A DNA stretch of 32,000 bases, taken from assembly GCF_000039765.1 (NCBI RefSeq), contig NC_004459.3, positions 900,001-932,000 on the forward strand. The letters are read 5' to 3'. Shown here piece by piece: positions 18,333 through 28,097 of the stretch. This DNA comes from Vibrio vulnificus CMCP6 (GTDB lineage: Bacteria > Pseudomonadota > Gammaproteobacteria > Enterobacterales > Vibrionaceae). Every line of letters starts with the position of its first letter. The first letter of the stretch is position 1. The notes beneath the pieces were generated by a model that was not told where the DNA came from, did no database searches, and saw only the letters and a list, made by a program, of their open reading frames with translations. A program made the position numbers and the translations under genes.

Positions 18333-18508
18333 TGAGTGCCACTTAATGAGCAATTAGATAAAACCTTGTTTTTACTGTGTAAATAGTAAATAGACTCATC
18401 ACTTTTAAGCAATAAATATGAGATCAGAATCACATCCACTAATGGCATTATAAGTGAATTGCATATATGATCTCTGCCACAAAAATCATAACAAAAGTGA
18501 GAAGTTAC

Positions 18509-18625
18509 ATGTGTAATCACAGTATTCACTTACAACGTCATCATCGCTCCTTCTGGCAAAAAATCATCGGCATCAAAGAGATTTATATTTGCCAAAATTG
18601 TGGTCATACGATCAAAGTGAGATAA
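18509..18625 (+). CDS. Candidate small Cys/His-rich protein, 38 aa (52 aa from in-frame ATG 18467)
   Basis: The ORF encodes MCNHSIHLQRHHRSFWQKIIGIKEIYICQNCGHTIKVR. It has CxxH and CxxC pairs, a weak SD (GAGAAG) and a stop 5 nt before the hairpin stem of the 18624-18660 terminator. It is below the track's size cutoff and there is no homology evidence. Confidence 0.3.
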   Translation: MCNHSIHLQRHHRSFWQKIIGIKEIYICQNCGHTIKVR

Positions 18626-18660
18626 AAAAAGCGGCTTCATTTCATGAAGCCGCTTTTTTA
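18624..18660. terminator. Bidirectional Rho-independent terminator (tatC on minus strand; TatD-family gene/small ORF on plus strand)
   Basis: Perfect 10-bp stem GCGGCTTCAT (18631-18640) / ATGAAGCCGC (18644-18653), flanked by A7 on the left and T6 on the right. Confidence 0.85.
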
Positions 18661-19410
18661 TTATTCTTGCTCTTGTTCTTCGCTTTCCTCTTTGCGGGTA
18701 TAGAAACGCGCAAAGAATAAACCGACTTCAAACAACAAACACATCGGAATGGCCAATAGGGTTTGCGAAATCATATCTGGCGGAGTTAACAGCATCCCTA
18801 CGATAAACGCACCAACAATAATATAGGGACGTTTTTCGCTTAAGCTCTTCGGATCGGTTGCTCCTGTCCAACACAGCAAAATGATCGCTACTGGTACCTC
18901 AAAAGCAATACCAAATGCTAAAAACAGCGCTAAAACAAAATCCAAATAACTGGCGATGTCGGTGGCAAACTCCACACCTCCTAAAGAGATGGCGGTGAAA
19001 AAGCCAAACACCAGGGGAAAGACAACGTAATAGGCAAACGCCACGCCGCAATAAAACAACAACGAACTGGAAACCAACAATGGCATGATTAAGCGACGCT
19101 CATGCTTATACAAGCCAGGCGCCACAAAGGCCCAAACCTGATAAAGAATAAACGGCACAGCCAAAAAGACCGCCACGATCAAAGTCAATTTGAGTGGCGT
19201 GAAAAACGGTGAAGCCACATCCGTTGCGATCATCGTCGCCCCTTCAGGAAGACGCTCCACCAGCGGCGCCGAGATAAACTCGTATATTTCACCAGAAAAA
19301 TAGATTAGGCCGACAAAGACAATCAACACTGCAAGGATCGCTTTCAATAAGCGATTACGCAGTTCTAACAAGTGGCTAATCAAAGGTTGAGTCTGCTCAA
19401 CGGTAGACAT
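18661..19410 (-). CDS. tatC: Twin-arginine translocase subunit TatC
   Basis: 249 aa polytopic membrane protein with a TatC-type N-terminus ([15 protein letters not shown]) and six predicted TM segments. Confidence 0.95.
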   Translation of the reverse strand: MSTVEQTQPLISHLLELRNRLLKAILAVLIVFVGLIYFSGEIYEFISAPLVERLPEGATMIATDVASPFFTPLKLTLIVAVFLAVPFILYQVWAFVAPGLYKHERRLIMPLLVSSSLLFYCGVAFAYYVVFPLVFGFFTAISLGGVEFATDIASYLDFVLALFLAFGIAFEVPVAIILLCWTGATDPKSLSEKRPYIIVGAFIVGMLLTPPDMISQTLLAIPMCLLFEVGLFFARFYTRKEESEEQEQE

Positions 19411-19476
19411 GTCAAACCTCTAGAATCAAAACGGATCAAAAAAGAGCTACCCAAAGAGTAGCTCCCCTATGTGAGA

Positions 19477-19869
19477 CTATTCGGACTTGGTATTTGCCGC
19501 CGATGTTTTTGTCGCCTCTGTTTGATGAGTCGCGTCACTAGACGAGCTGGACGTGGCTTCATTTTTGGCTGACACATCTGCGTATGGGCGATTCACCGAC
19601 TGAGCAGCTTGTTTTAGCTGCTCCACGGACGCTTTCAGGTCTGGCGAAAGTTCTTCCATCCCCATTTGCTCTGCTTTACGCAAGTTTTCTTGTAGCTCCT
19701 GAACTTTGAGTTCATGAGCTAACTCGTCTTTAACGCTATTTGCCATGCTTTTCGCTGCACTAACAAATCGCGCCACACTACGAATCGCATGCGGCAAACG
19801 CTCTGGCCCTAAAACAACCAGACCCACGACAAATATCAATACCAGTTCCCAAAAACCGATATCAAACAC
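19477..19869 (-). CDS. tatB: Twin-arginine translocase subunit TatB
   Basis: 130 aa. [26 protein letters not shown] is the canonical TatB N-terminus. Confidence 0.9.
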   Translation of the reverse strand: MFDIGFWELVLIFVVGLVVLGPERLPHAIRSVARFVSAAKSMANSVKDELAHELKVQELQENLRKAEQMGMEELSPDLKASVEQLKQAAQSVNRPYADVSAKNEATSSSSSDATHQTEATKTSAANTKSE

Positions 19870-19872
19870 TTA

Positions 19873-20109
19873 TTACGCCTGCTCTTTGTCTTTTTTACTT
19901 TCGGTCGCAGCTTGTTTGCTTTGCTGCTCTAGACTTTTCGGCTCAAAGTCTGCGTCTTTCTTCTCAGACTCTTCTTCGTTCATCGCTTTCTTGAAGCCTT
20001 TAATTGCGCCGCCTAAATCACTACCAATACCGCGCAGTTTTTTAGTTCCGAATAGCAATACAACGATGACAGCAATAATCAACAGTTGCCAGATACTGAT
20101 ACCACCCAT
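19873..20109 (-). CDS. tatA: Twin-arginine translocase subunit TatA
   Basis: 78 aa. [26 protein letters not shown] is the canonical TatA N-terminus. Confidence 0.93.
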   Translation of the reverse strand: MGGISIWQLLIIAVIVVLLFGTKKLRGIGSDLGGAIKGFKKAMNEEESEKKDADFEPKSLEQQSKQAATESKKDKEQA

Positions 20110-20160
20110 TCTTTTTACCTCGGGTCTTTTGTAACAAAAATTAGATCAAGAGTTTAACGT

Positions 20161-21795
20161 CTAACGACGATAAGCTCGCCAACTGAACAGCCAAAATGTG
20201 ACGCCTGCAATAGCCGTCGCCAGTGAAAGCTGTTCATAAGTGTGGTCCACCAATATTGCCGAGCATACGACTAATGTGGCCCCAACGCCAAATAAAAACT
20301 TTCCTGTTGCCTGCTGGCGCTTGCTGGCTCGATAGCCTTGGTAAAGCTGATCCATTCTCTGGTTCATCGCTTTGCCCTGTTTGAGGCTGTCATACAGCAA
20401 CTCCGGCAGTTCAGGTAATTTTTCCGCCCAATAAGGCGCGCGGTCTTTTATTGCATTGATCAACGCCTTAGGACCAACTTGATTCATCATCCACTCTTCA
20501 AGGAAGGGTTTTGCGGTTTCCCAGAGATCAAGCTGAGGATAAAGCTGGCGCCCTAATCCTTCCACATACAGCAAGGTTTTTTGCAATAACACCAGTTGCG
20601 GCTGAACTTCCATATTGAATCGCCTTGCGGTATTGAATAGGTTCAATAACACATGACCAAAGGAGATTTCACACAACGGTTTGGCAAAAATCGGCTCACA
20701 GACAATACGAATCGCAAATTCAAATTCATCAATATTGGTGTCTGCCGGTACCCAGCCAGAGTCCACATGCAGCTCTGCCACACGTCGATAATCACGATTA
20801 AAAAACGCCAAAAAGTTTTCCGCTAAATAGCGTTTATCTTCGCTATTTAATGTGCCAACAATGCCACAATCCAAACCAATCCATTGTGGGTTCTCGGGAT
20901 GTTCAGGGTTAACAAACACGTTCCCTGGATGCATGTCTGCATGGAAGAAGCTGTCGCGAAAAACTTGGGTAAAGAAAACACTCACCCCTCTTTCTGCCAA
21001 CAACTTCATGTTGGTGCCATTCGCTTTCAGGCCTGCAATATCCGAGACTTGGATGCCGTATATTCGCTCAGAAACCATGACAGTTTCATTACTAAAGTCC
21101 GGATAAACTTCAGGAACGTATAACTCTTCGCTGTCGGTAAAATTACGTCTTAGCTGTATCGCATTGGCCGCTTCGCGACGCAAATCAAGCTCATCCAGTA
21201 AGGTTTTCTCATACTCTCGAACCACTTCGATCGGTTTAAGACGACGTGCTTCAGGCATTGCTTTGGCGACTATACGCGCCATACGTCGCATCAGTTTTAG
21301 ATCTGCATCAATGATGGGACGAATATCTGGGCGAATGACCTTTAATACCACTTCTTGGTTAGTCGTTTTCAGCTTGGCGGTATGCACCTGCGCAATGGAG
21401 GCCGACGCTAAAGGAACTAGGTCAAAATCACTAAACCAGGTTTCTAAAGGCCCACCGAGCGCTTGCTCCATTTGTGCTTTCGCCAATGCACCATCAAAAG
21501 GCGAGACTTGATCTTGCAGCAGTGCAAGCGGGTCTGCAATGTGAGGAGGAAACAGATCGCGACGAGTAGACAACATCTGGCCAAATTTAATCCAAACAGG
21601 CCCTAACTCTTGCAGTGCAAGACGCAGACGATCCCCTAACGGTTTTTCTGGATGCTGATTTTTAAGCCAAAACAAGCTTTTGCGCATCCAACGTGGGGCT
21701 TTGGCAAGTTGATGGTCTGGCAGTAGGTCATCCAAACCATATTCAAGCTGAACTTTAATGATGCGATAAAGGCGCTTTAGCTCTGTCGGGGTCAT
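20161..21795 (-). CDS. ubiB: Ubiquinone biosynthesis protein kinase-like UbiB
   Basis: 544 aa of the ABC1/UbiB family ([16 protein letters not shown]), with two C-terminal TM helices. Its start overlaps the ubiJ stop (ATGA, 21792-21795). Confidence 0.95.
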   Translation of the reverse strand: MTPTELKRLYRIIKVQLEYGLDDLLPDHQLAKAPRWMRKSLFWLKNQHPEKPLGDRLRLALQELGPVWIKFGQMLSTRRDLFPPHIADPLALLQDQVSPFDGALAKAQMEQALGGPLETWFSDFDLVPLASASIAQVHTAKLKTTNQEVVLKVIRPDIRPIIDADLKLMRRMARIVAKAMPEARRLKPIEVVREYEKTLLDELDLRREAANAIQLRRNFTDSEELYVPEVYPDFSNETVMVSERIYGIQVSDIAGLKANGTNMKLLAERGVSVFFTQVFRDSFFHADMHPGNVFVNPEHPENPQWIGLDCGIVGTLNSEDKRYLAENFLAFFNRDYRRVAELHVDSGWVPADTNIDEFEFAIRIVCEPIFAKPLCEISFGHVLLNLFNTARRFNMEVQPQLVLLQKTLLYVEGLGRQLYPQLDLWETAKPFLEEWMMNQVGPKALINAIKDRAPYWAEKLPELPELLYDSLKQGKAMNQRMDQLYQGYRASKRQQATGKFLFGVGATLVVCSAILVDHTYEQLSLATAIAGVTFWLFSWRAYRR

Positions 21796-22397
21796 GCTTT
21801 CTCCAACAGTTTTTGCAGACGAGCTTCTAGTCTGGCGAGTTCACTTTTGACCTCGTCTACTTGGTCACAGAAGTAAGCCACTTCCAATGGTCCAGGTGCC
21901 AGACGCCATTCTTCGGTAATCACCTGAGCAAGATGATGCTGCTGCTTTTTCGCTTGACGCCCGACGAAGCCACCGACATTCTTTACACCCTGAGCCAAAG
22001 AGTGAGCGACCACATCCCCAGTGACACGCGATACCCATTCCTCGACATCCGGTTTTGCATCCGTGATGAGCTGAGCAAATTTCTGCGCTAATTGAATATC
22101 CCCCTCAAGGATCAGCTTGTCTTGCTTAATCAGCTTCGTGATATTGGCTTGCTCTCTCAGCTCAGGCAACACCGCCAATTTAAGCGACAAATAACAATCC
22201 GGTTGGCCTTCATAATTGGCTAATACATCGATCTGTTGGCTAAAAATAAACGTCAACGTTTTGTTCAGCTCCTGGAGATGAACTTGGATCACTTGCCCCT
22301 TTAAACGTAATAAACGCTTTTCGAGATCCGGATTGTCTTTCACCAGCACATTGAGGCTAGTTTCAATCACTGCGGTAATGAGTGGTTCAAATGGCAT
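21792..22397 (-). CDS. ubiJ: Ubiquinone biosynthesis accessory factor UbiJ (YigP, SCP2 domain)
   Basis: 201 aa, the same length as E. coli UbiJ/YigP and colinear with it (MPFEPL..., [17 protein letters not shown]). Confidence 0.85.
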   Translation of the reverse strand: MPFEPLITAVIETSLNVLVKDNPDLEKRLLRLKGQVIQVHLQELNKTLTFIFSQQIDVLANYEGQPDCYLSLKLAVLPELREQANITKLIKQDKLILEGDIQLAQKFAQLITDAKPDVEEWVSRVTGDVVAHSLAQGVKNVGGFVGRQAKKQQHHLAQVITEEWRLAPGPLEVAYFCDQVDEVKSELARLEARLQKLLEKA

Positions 22398-22405
22398 AGA
22401 GGCTC

Positions 22406-23188
22406 CTAAAATTTGTAGCCACGATGCAGGGCAACAATGCCACCCGTCAAATTGTAGTATGAGGTATTTTCAAAGCCCGCTTCTTGCATCATCCCCTTAA
22501 GGGTTTCTTGATCAGGGTGCATGCGAATCGATTCGGCCAAGTAACGGTAGCTATCGGCATCGTTCGCAACTAACTCACCCATTTTCGGTAATAGATGGAA
22601 AGAGTACGCATCATACACCTTGGATAACGGGTCAAAGACAGGTTTGGAAAATTCCAATACCAACAAACGACCACCCGGCTTGAGCACTCGGAACATCGAA
22701 CGAAGCGCTTTATCTTTGTCAGTCACGTTACGTAGGCAGAAACTGATGGTAATGATATCAAAGTAATCATCCGGAAATGGCAATTCCTCGGCATTCGCTT
22801 GTACGTAATGAACGTTACCGACAATGCCGCTGTCTCGTAGCTTGTCACGACCGACATTGAGCATAGAATTATTGATGTCAGCAAGAATGACATGGCCCTT
22901 TTCACCCACGATACGGGAAAACTTGGCCGTCAAATCGCCTGTGCCACCACCTAAATCTAATACTCTCTGACCAGGACGAGCACCACTGCAATCGATGGTA
23001 AAGCGCTTCCACAAACGATGAATTCCCCCTGACATCAGGTCGTTCATAATGTCGTATTTGGCTGCGACTGAATGAAATACTTGAGCAACCTTAGCGACTT
23101 TTTCTTCTTTCGCTACGGTAGTGAAACCAAAATGCGTGGTTTCTGATGATTCTAAAGCTGTATTCGATTGCACGCTGATGTCCGTCAT
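22406..23188 (-). CDS. ubiE: Demethylmenaquinone/ubiquinone C-methyltransferase UbiE
   Basis: 260 aa with [15 protein letters not shown] and SAM motif LDLGGGTGD. Its ATG overlaps the rmuC stop (TAATG at 23186-23190). Confidence 0.95.
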   Translation of the reverse strand: MTDISVQSNTALESSETTHFGFTTVAKEEKVAKVAQVFHSVAAKYDIMNDLMSGGIHRLWKRFTIDCSGARPGQRVLDLGGGTGDLTAKFSRIVGEKGHVILADINNSMLNVGRDKLRDSGIVGNVHYVQANAEELPFPDDYFDIITISFCLRNVTDKDKALRSMFRVLKPGGRLLVLEFSKPVFDPLSKVYDAYSFHLLPKMGELVANDADSYRYLAESIRMHPDQETLKGMMQEAGFENTSYYNLTGGIVALHRGYKF

Positions 23189-24774
23189 TATTTTTCCTCT
23201 TGGGCAGTGCGGTTCGATTGAGGGCCGAAATGGTTTTCTTGGCCCAAGACTGCGGTCGAATAGTTTACTTTATCCTCAACGGGATGTCTTTCTACTAAAG
23301 AGTCATTTTGTGCTAATTGAGTTAAATCCGCCGAGATAGGGCGTTTGACTTCAACACCCAGCTCTTTGAAACTTTCAGCCTGACGAATGACATTTCCTCG
23401 CCCGGTCACTAATTTGTTCATTGCCCCTTGGTAACTTTGGTTAGCTTTATCCAGCGCTCCGCCTAAGTTTTGCATATCATCAACAAACAAGCGCAGCTTG
23501 TCGTATAGCTTGCTTGCTCGCTGTGCAATGATCTTCGCGTTCTGGCTCTGACGCTCATTGCGCCAGAGGTTATCAATGGTTCTCAAAGCAACCAGTAACG
23601 TGGTTGGACTCACCAAGATGATATTTTGCTCCATCGCGTCTTTGACGAGGCTCGGATCAGCTTGTATTGCCAATTGGAAAGCGGGCTCGACCGGTATAAA
23701 CATCAGCACATAGTCCAAGGAGTGAATACCTCTGAGCTGGTGATAATCTTTTATACTTAACCCTTTAATGTGCGCACGAATCGCAGCAAGGTGATTGGAC
23801 AACTCAATGTCGCGCTCGCTGTCCGACTCCGCATGGAAATAGCGCTCATAGGCTACCAACGTCATTTTGGAGTCGATCACCACTTGCTTATCTTGAGGCA
23901 AATAGACGATCACATCGGGTTGATAGCGTTTACCCGCTTCATTTTGCAAACTGACCTGAGTTTGGTATTCATGCCCTTCACGTAATCCTGATTCCGCAAG
24001 CACACGCGCCAGCACCACTTCTCCCCAGTTTCCTTGCTGTTTATTATCTCCTTTGAGCGCTTGCGTGAGATTCACGGCTTCACGAGTCATCTGCTCATTC
24101 AAGCGTTGTAAATTTTTCAACTCATGCACGAGCGTATGACGTTCTTTTGCCTCATGACTAAAACTATCATTGACCTGCTTCTTAAAGCCTTCTAACTGCT
24201 CTTTTAAGGGTGACAATAGTCCTTCTAAACTGAGGCGGTTTTGTTGATCAACCTTAGCGCTTTTCTCTTCAAAAAGTTGATTAGCAAGATGCTCAAACTG
24301 CTGTTTCAAGCGCACCTCTGCTTGTTCCAGAATTTGCAGCTTCTCCTGATTCGCTTGAGTCAGTTGCTCATGGCGAGCCTGCTGCTCACGCAGTTGTGTC
24401 TCTAACTTTGCGTTGCATTCCCTTAGCGCCGTTAACTCATCAAAGTATTGTTGACGCTCTTGTTTTACCGCATCGAAGTAGCGTAGTTTTTCAATTGCGG
24501 CCATCAACTTACCATGAGTCTGTTTGACCTCATAAGCTGCCTGATCGCGCTCCTGATCATAATCATCTAATTCTGTTTGGAGCTGTTGCATTCCGTGCTG
24601 CAGTTGTTCGATTTTACTGGCAGATAAACGTTGTTCACTTTCTAGCTGTTGTTGCAACAACTGATTCACCACCGCAAGCTTCTGGCGCTGCCACCAAGCG
24701 GCTAAAATTGCGGTCAATAGCGAAGAAAAAAGGGTCATCAGAAGGGAAGCTTGGTTATCGATAATCCATTGCAT
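23188..24774 (-). CDS. rmuC: DNA recombination protein RmuC
   Basis: 528 aa from ATG 24774 ([12 protein letters not shown]..., TM helix, long coiled coil). The C-terminal domain is colinear with E. coli RmuC ([33 protein letters not shown]). The track start 24810 is a TTG and would sit 12 nt from the LexA-like box. Confidence 0.9.
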   Translation of the reverse strand: MQWIIDNQASLLMTLFSSLLTAILAAWWQRQKLAVVNQLLQQQLESEQRLSASKIEQLQHGMQQLQTELDDYDQERDQAAYEVKQTHGKLMAAIEKLRYFDAVKQERQQYFDELTALRECNAKLETQLREQQARHEQLTQANQEKLQILEQAEVRLKQQFEHLANQLFEEKSAKVDQQNRLSLEGLLSPLKEQLEGFKKQVNDSFSHEAKERHTLVHELKNLQRLNEQMTREAVNLTQALKGDNKQQGNWGEVVLARVLAESGLREGHEYQTQVSLQNEAGKRYQPDVIVYLPQDKQVVIDSKMTLVAYERYFHAESDSERDIELSNHLAAIRAHIKGLSIKDYHQLRGIHSLDYVLMFIPVEPAFQLAIQADPSLVKDAMEQNIILVSPTTLLVALRTIDNLWRNERQSQNAKIIAQRASKLYDKLRLFVDDMQNLGGALDKANQSYQGAMNKLVTGRGNVIRQAESFKELGVEVKRPISADLTQLAQNDSLVERHPVEDKVNYSTAVLGQENHFGPQSNRTAQEEK

Positions 24775-24821
24775 AGTAAGGCGTTCTAAGAAAAGAGATG
24801 CGTGTTTCAATGGTATTTACA

Positions 24822-24841
24822 TACTGGATAAATGTCCAGTT
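24822..24841. promoter_or_regulatory. LexA (SOS) box-like palindrome upstream of rmuC
   Basis: TACTGGATAAATGTCCAGTT has CTG-N10-CAG spacing and matches 15/20 to TACTGTATATATATACAGTA. It lies 48 nt upstream of rmuC ATG 24774, in the divergent rmuC/EamA intergenic region. Confidence 0.6.
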
Positions 24842-24905
24842 TGTTGCACAGAAAATCCTCGCTTACACTAGGTGCTTTGCTTGCTGACTATCATTTTGAG
24901 GATTT

Positions 24906-25814
24906 ATGAACGAGCGTCGCGCCCTAGGATTCGGGCTTTCTGCTGTATTGTTATGGTCTACTGTAGCGACCGCCTTTAAACTTACGCTCGCTGAGTTTAG
25001 TCCAATCCAAATGCTCACCATAGCCAGTGTTGTTTCTGCAATGGCCCTTCTCGCGATTTGCGCCTTGCAAGGAAAGCTGACACAGATCAGTGCTACTTTC
25101 TTATCAAATCCTTGGTATTACTTACTGCTAGGGTTGATTAACCCATTAGCCTACTACCTCATTTTATTTAAGGCCTACGATCTATTACCTGCCTCTCAGG
25201 CCCAAGCGATCAACTATAGCTGGGCCATCACACTGACACTGATGGCCGCTGTGTTTCTTGGACAGAAAATTCGTAAGCAAGATTGGGTAGCCTGTGTATT
25301 CAGCTACGTTGGTGTGATTGTCATTGCGACAAAAGGCGATTTATTAGGACTGTCATTTGAAAGCCCTGTGGGCGTAGCGCTAGCACTCACCTCGACTTTA
25401 CTTTGGGCTGGCTACTGGATCCTCAATACTAAAAACCAAGCCGATCCTATTGTTGGTGTGTTGCTTGGTTTCTTAGTCGCGATTCCTTTTGCCATTGCTT
25501 TGACGGTAATCGAAGGCCAGTCATGGGGGCAGATTTCGATGCAGGGCTGGCTTGCTGTCACTTATGTTGGCCTGTTTGAGATGGGAGTGACTTTTGTCCT
25601 ATGGCTTTCTGCACTAAAACTCACCAATAACACAGCAAGGATAAGCAACCTCATTTTCGCCTCACCATTTATCTCTCTCATGCTGCTTTCCTCCATAATT
25701 GGCGAGGAAATTCACCCTACAACCCTCATTGGCTTGATGCTCATTATTGCAGGGCTGGTGATTCAGCAGATCAAATGGGGCAAAAGAAAGCTCGCTGCCG
25801 CGGATCACTCTTAA
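24906..25814 (+). CDS. EamA/DMT-superfamily transporter
   Basis: 302 aa with about 10 predicted TM helices arranged as two EamA-like repeats. Confidence 0.85.
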   Translation: MNERRALGFGLSAVLLWSTVATAFKLTLAEFSPIQMLTIASVVSAMALLAICALQGKLTQISATFLSNPWYYLLLGLINPLAYYLILFKAYDLLPASQAQAINYSWAITLTLMAAVFLGQKIRKQDWVACVFSYVGVIVIATKGDLLGLSFESPVGVALALTSTLLWAGYWILNTKNQADPIVGVLLGFLVAIPFAIALTVIEGQSWGQISMQGWLAVTYVGLFEMGVTFVLWLSALKLTNNTARISNLIFASPFISLMLLSSIIGEEIHPTTLIGLMLIIAGLVIQQIKWGKRKLAAADHS

Positions 25815-25831
25815 CTGATGCTGGCTTACTG

Positions 25832-26659
25832 CTAACTAAACATGTTGTAAGCCATTTCACTTCCTTGCCCTCTGATTTGATCGATCACAAAGGCGCGTCC
25901 GGGAGTAATGCCCAGCGCCGCTGCCGCAGGGTGTTCAGCCAAGTAATGTTGCTTTTCCTCTTCTTCTAACATCGAATCCCAGCGCTTATTGATGTCTCTT
26001 GCCAAGTAGAGCAAGCAAGCTAACCGCTTGGCTATCTTAGCCTTGCCAGGATGATTGATGTTTTCAATGGCGTCTTTCATTTCTGGCGGAAACTTCCAAG
26101 CTTCGGCGAGCTTCGCTCCAAGTTCCGTCGCATCCGTGCCCAAGACCTCTCTTTGTGCACTTAACGGAGACTGCCCTTCCGCGATTTTATTACTGATTTC
26201 TATCGCTTGTTCTGGCACCAATGAGTGAATCATCAACTCTCCAATATTGTGCAGCACACCCGTCGTAAATACTTCATTGGCATCCAACTTCGCTTGATCT
26301 GCTAGCTTGCTCGCAATCATCGCGACCTCAAAGGTATTGGCCCAATAATCCTTGATATTCAATGTTTCAATTTTAGGGAACGCGCTGTAGAGAATTGAAG
26401 AAGAAACAAGAGTGCGAACAGCCCCACTCCCAACACGTATAACCGCTTCATTGAGGTTGGAAAGAGGTTTGTTACCGGCAAAATGTGCCGAGTTAGCCAT
26501 TCTGAGTAATCGAGCACTGAGTACCTGATCCATCGCCAATTTTTTTGATAGCTCAGAAAAATCAAAATTATCTCGATTGACCATCTCAAGTAATTCTTGC
26601 AGCACACTCTCAATCCGAGGTAATTCGTTGAGACGTGAAATCAGAGCTTCTTGGGACAT
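25832..26659 (-). CDS. HDOD domain-containing signalling protein
   Basis: 275 aa. The N-terminal LPRIESVLQELLEMV...LSKKLAMDQVLSARLLRMANSAHF pattern and the central GVLHNIGELMI are typical of HDOD domains. Confidence 0.85.
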   Translation of the reverse strand: MSQEALISRLNELPRIESVLQELLEMVNRDNFDFSELSKKLAMDQVLSARLLRMANSAHFAGNKPLSNLNEAVIRVGSGAVRTLVSSSILYSAFPKIETLNIKDYWANTFEVAMIASKLADQAKLDANEVFTTGVLHNIGELMIHSLVPEQAIEISNKIAEGQSPLSAQREVLGTDATELGAKLAEAWKFPPEMKDAIENINHPGKAKIAKRLACLLYLARDINKRWDSMLEEEEKQHYLAEHPAAAALGITPGRAFVIDQIRGQGSEMAYNMFS

Positions 26660-26826
26660 ACCTCTCTCCTTAGACTGTCGTGTTACTTAATTAATATAGG
26701 ACACATTAAGCAAGATAGACTCCTCGTTCTCTATTTAGTTTTTGGTATTGATTTAAAGCCAGTTAGGGGTTTTAAATCAACTAGAGTGGAAGAGCCCAGA
26801 AAATTGGCTAATACCAATCTGGAAAA

Positions 26827-27360
26827 TTAACTGTTCAGGTCTATCCAGCTTCTCGAGCACATCTGTCTGACTCTGGCCGAACATTCCAAAAAACTATTCC
26901 AAGCCCTACATACTTTGGAGACAATGTCTTCGTAATCCGCAAAAGATTGATTGGCGAGATAGTGTTGTCTTAACCAACTCCACACTTGTTCTATCGGGTT
27001 TAGCTCTGGTGAATATGGCGGGAGCTTGATGATACTGACATTGTCAAATGGCTCAGCAATGTCATTTGTATGCCAACCCGCGCCATCCATAATGACCACT
27101 GCGTGACGACCTTTTTCGGTCACCGCGAAGAGTTGCTTCAGATGCTCAACCATAATGTTCTTGTTAACCCAAGGAACGACCATTGCCTCACCAATACCTC
27201 TAGCGGGGCATACTGAGCCAAACAAATACGCATATTCAAACTGCTGCTGTTTTACCACTCTTGGTCTTGAGCCACGCTCAGCCCAAAGTCGAGTTGTCGT
27301 GTTTTGCTGGCCAAATCTTGCTTCATCTTGAAACCAGACATCGACGTTATCAAGCCCCAT
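26827..27360 (-). CDS. IS630-family transposase, C-terminal DDE part (orfB, +1 frame relative to orfA)
   Basis: DDE triad context is present: FQDEARF, VIMDGAGWH, PPYSPELNPIEQVW. The frame stays open upstream through the A7 run (at least to about nt 27411). Coordinates are given from the first Met, as in the track. Confidence 0.75.
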   Translation of the reverse strand: MGLDNVDVWFQDEARFGQQNTTTRLWAERGSRPRVVKQQQFEYAYLFGSVCPARGIGEAMVVPWVNKNIMVEHLKQLFAVTEKGRHAVVIMDGAGWHTNDIAEPFDNVSIIKLPPYSPELNPIEQVWSWLRQHYLANQSFADYEDIVSKVCRAWNSFLECSARVRQMCSRSWIDLNS

Positions 27361-27385
27361 GTGACCGGGGATCTTAAGGATCGTT

Positions 27386-27862
27386 TCAATTTTGAATTTT
27401 TTTAAAATCGTCTTGGATTTGCTGGGATTGACGAGGGTGTTTGGAGCGTGAAGTTATCCAAGCAAAGCCCATATGGTTGAGCAAGTAGTAGATCGAATCT
27501 GGGTGGTAGTGTTTGCCAAATTCATTAACGATATAAGCATGAATATCGTTACCAGTTAATCGACCGCCAGACGAATCCATCGCTCGAGCTTTTATATACT
27601 GACTTAATTGTTCTCGCTGCTCCGCGTTAAGAAATGCTGGGCGACCCGTTCTTGGTTTCTCTTGCAGTCCTTCAAGCCCTTCTTCAAGGAAGGTTTGTAC
27701 CCATTTATTCACACTGGCTCTGCTTACCTTAAGGAACTTAGCAATTTGGGTTCGAGAGTGACCATCTTTAAAATGGGCCAATGCGAGCAATCGCATCTTC
27801 ATTTGAATCGATTTTTGTTGGCTAGCAAGTTTTTTGAAATCAATGTTATTAAGACTGTCCAT
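27386..27862 (-). CDS. IS630-family transposase, N-terminal HTH part (orfA)
   Basis: Starts MDSLNNIDFKK... and contains the HTH segment RTQIAKFLKVSRASVNKWV. It ends ...DDFKKIQN* just after an A7 run. I prefer ATG 27862 to the track's GTG 27877. Confidence 0.75.
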   Translation of the reverse strand: MDSLNNIDFKKLASQQKSIQMKMRLLALAHFKDGHSRTQIAKFLKVSRASVNKWVQTFLEEGLEGLQEKPRTGRPAFLNAEQREQLSQYIKARAMDSSGGRLTGNDIHAYIVNEFGKHYHPDSIYYLLNHMGFAWITSRSKHPRQSQQIQDDFKKIQN

Positions 27863-27940
27863 AGCGTCATTTATCACGAAGAAGTAACAGCCTTAATTAG
27901 ATCATATTTTTAGTTAGGTTGGTATAAGTTGGATGAGTAC

Positions 27941-27985
27941 AAACAAAAAGACCCAGCATGTCAGCTAAGGTCTAGCATAAGTAGT
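27941..27985 (-). repeat. Degenerate copy of the rrn-distal terminator module
   Basis: AAACAAAAAGACC-CAGCATGTCAGCTAAGGTCTAGCATAAGTAGT aligns with 28171-28216 at about 39 of 46 positions. The similarity stops where the tRNA-Asp 3' end begins in the functional copy. Confidence 0.6.
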
Positions 27986-28060
27986 AAACAGCAAAGCTTT
28001 CAACTCTGGCATAAGCGGGATGCACTCCCCTTAAAAAAATTCACTACGCTTAAAACGACC

Positions 28061-28097
28061 AAACCCAGTCTGAAGACTGGGTTTCTAAATAAGTGGC
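28061..28097 (-). repeat. Perfect 10-bp hairpin followed by AATAAGTGGC, the same decamer that precedes tRNA-Asp
   Basis: Stem AAACCCAGTC (28061-28070) / GACTGGGTTT (28075-28084), then CTAAATAAGTGGC. Compare GGAATAAGTGGC at 28206-28217. Confidence 0.45.

Larger units (their letters stand above)
26808..27928 (-). mobile_element. IS630-family insertion sequence (about 1.1 kb)
   Basis: Imperfect terminal inverted repeats: CTAATACCAATCT (26808-26820) versus the reverse complement of 27916-27928, CTTATACCAACCT (11/13). TTGG flanks both ends. The alternative reading is CCAA(T/C)CT ends at 26814/27922, each flanked by TA. It encodes an HTH plus DDE transposase split into two frames. Confidence 0.8.
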
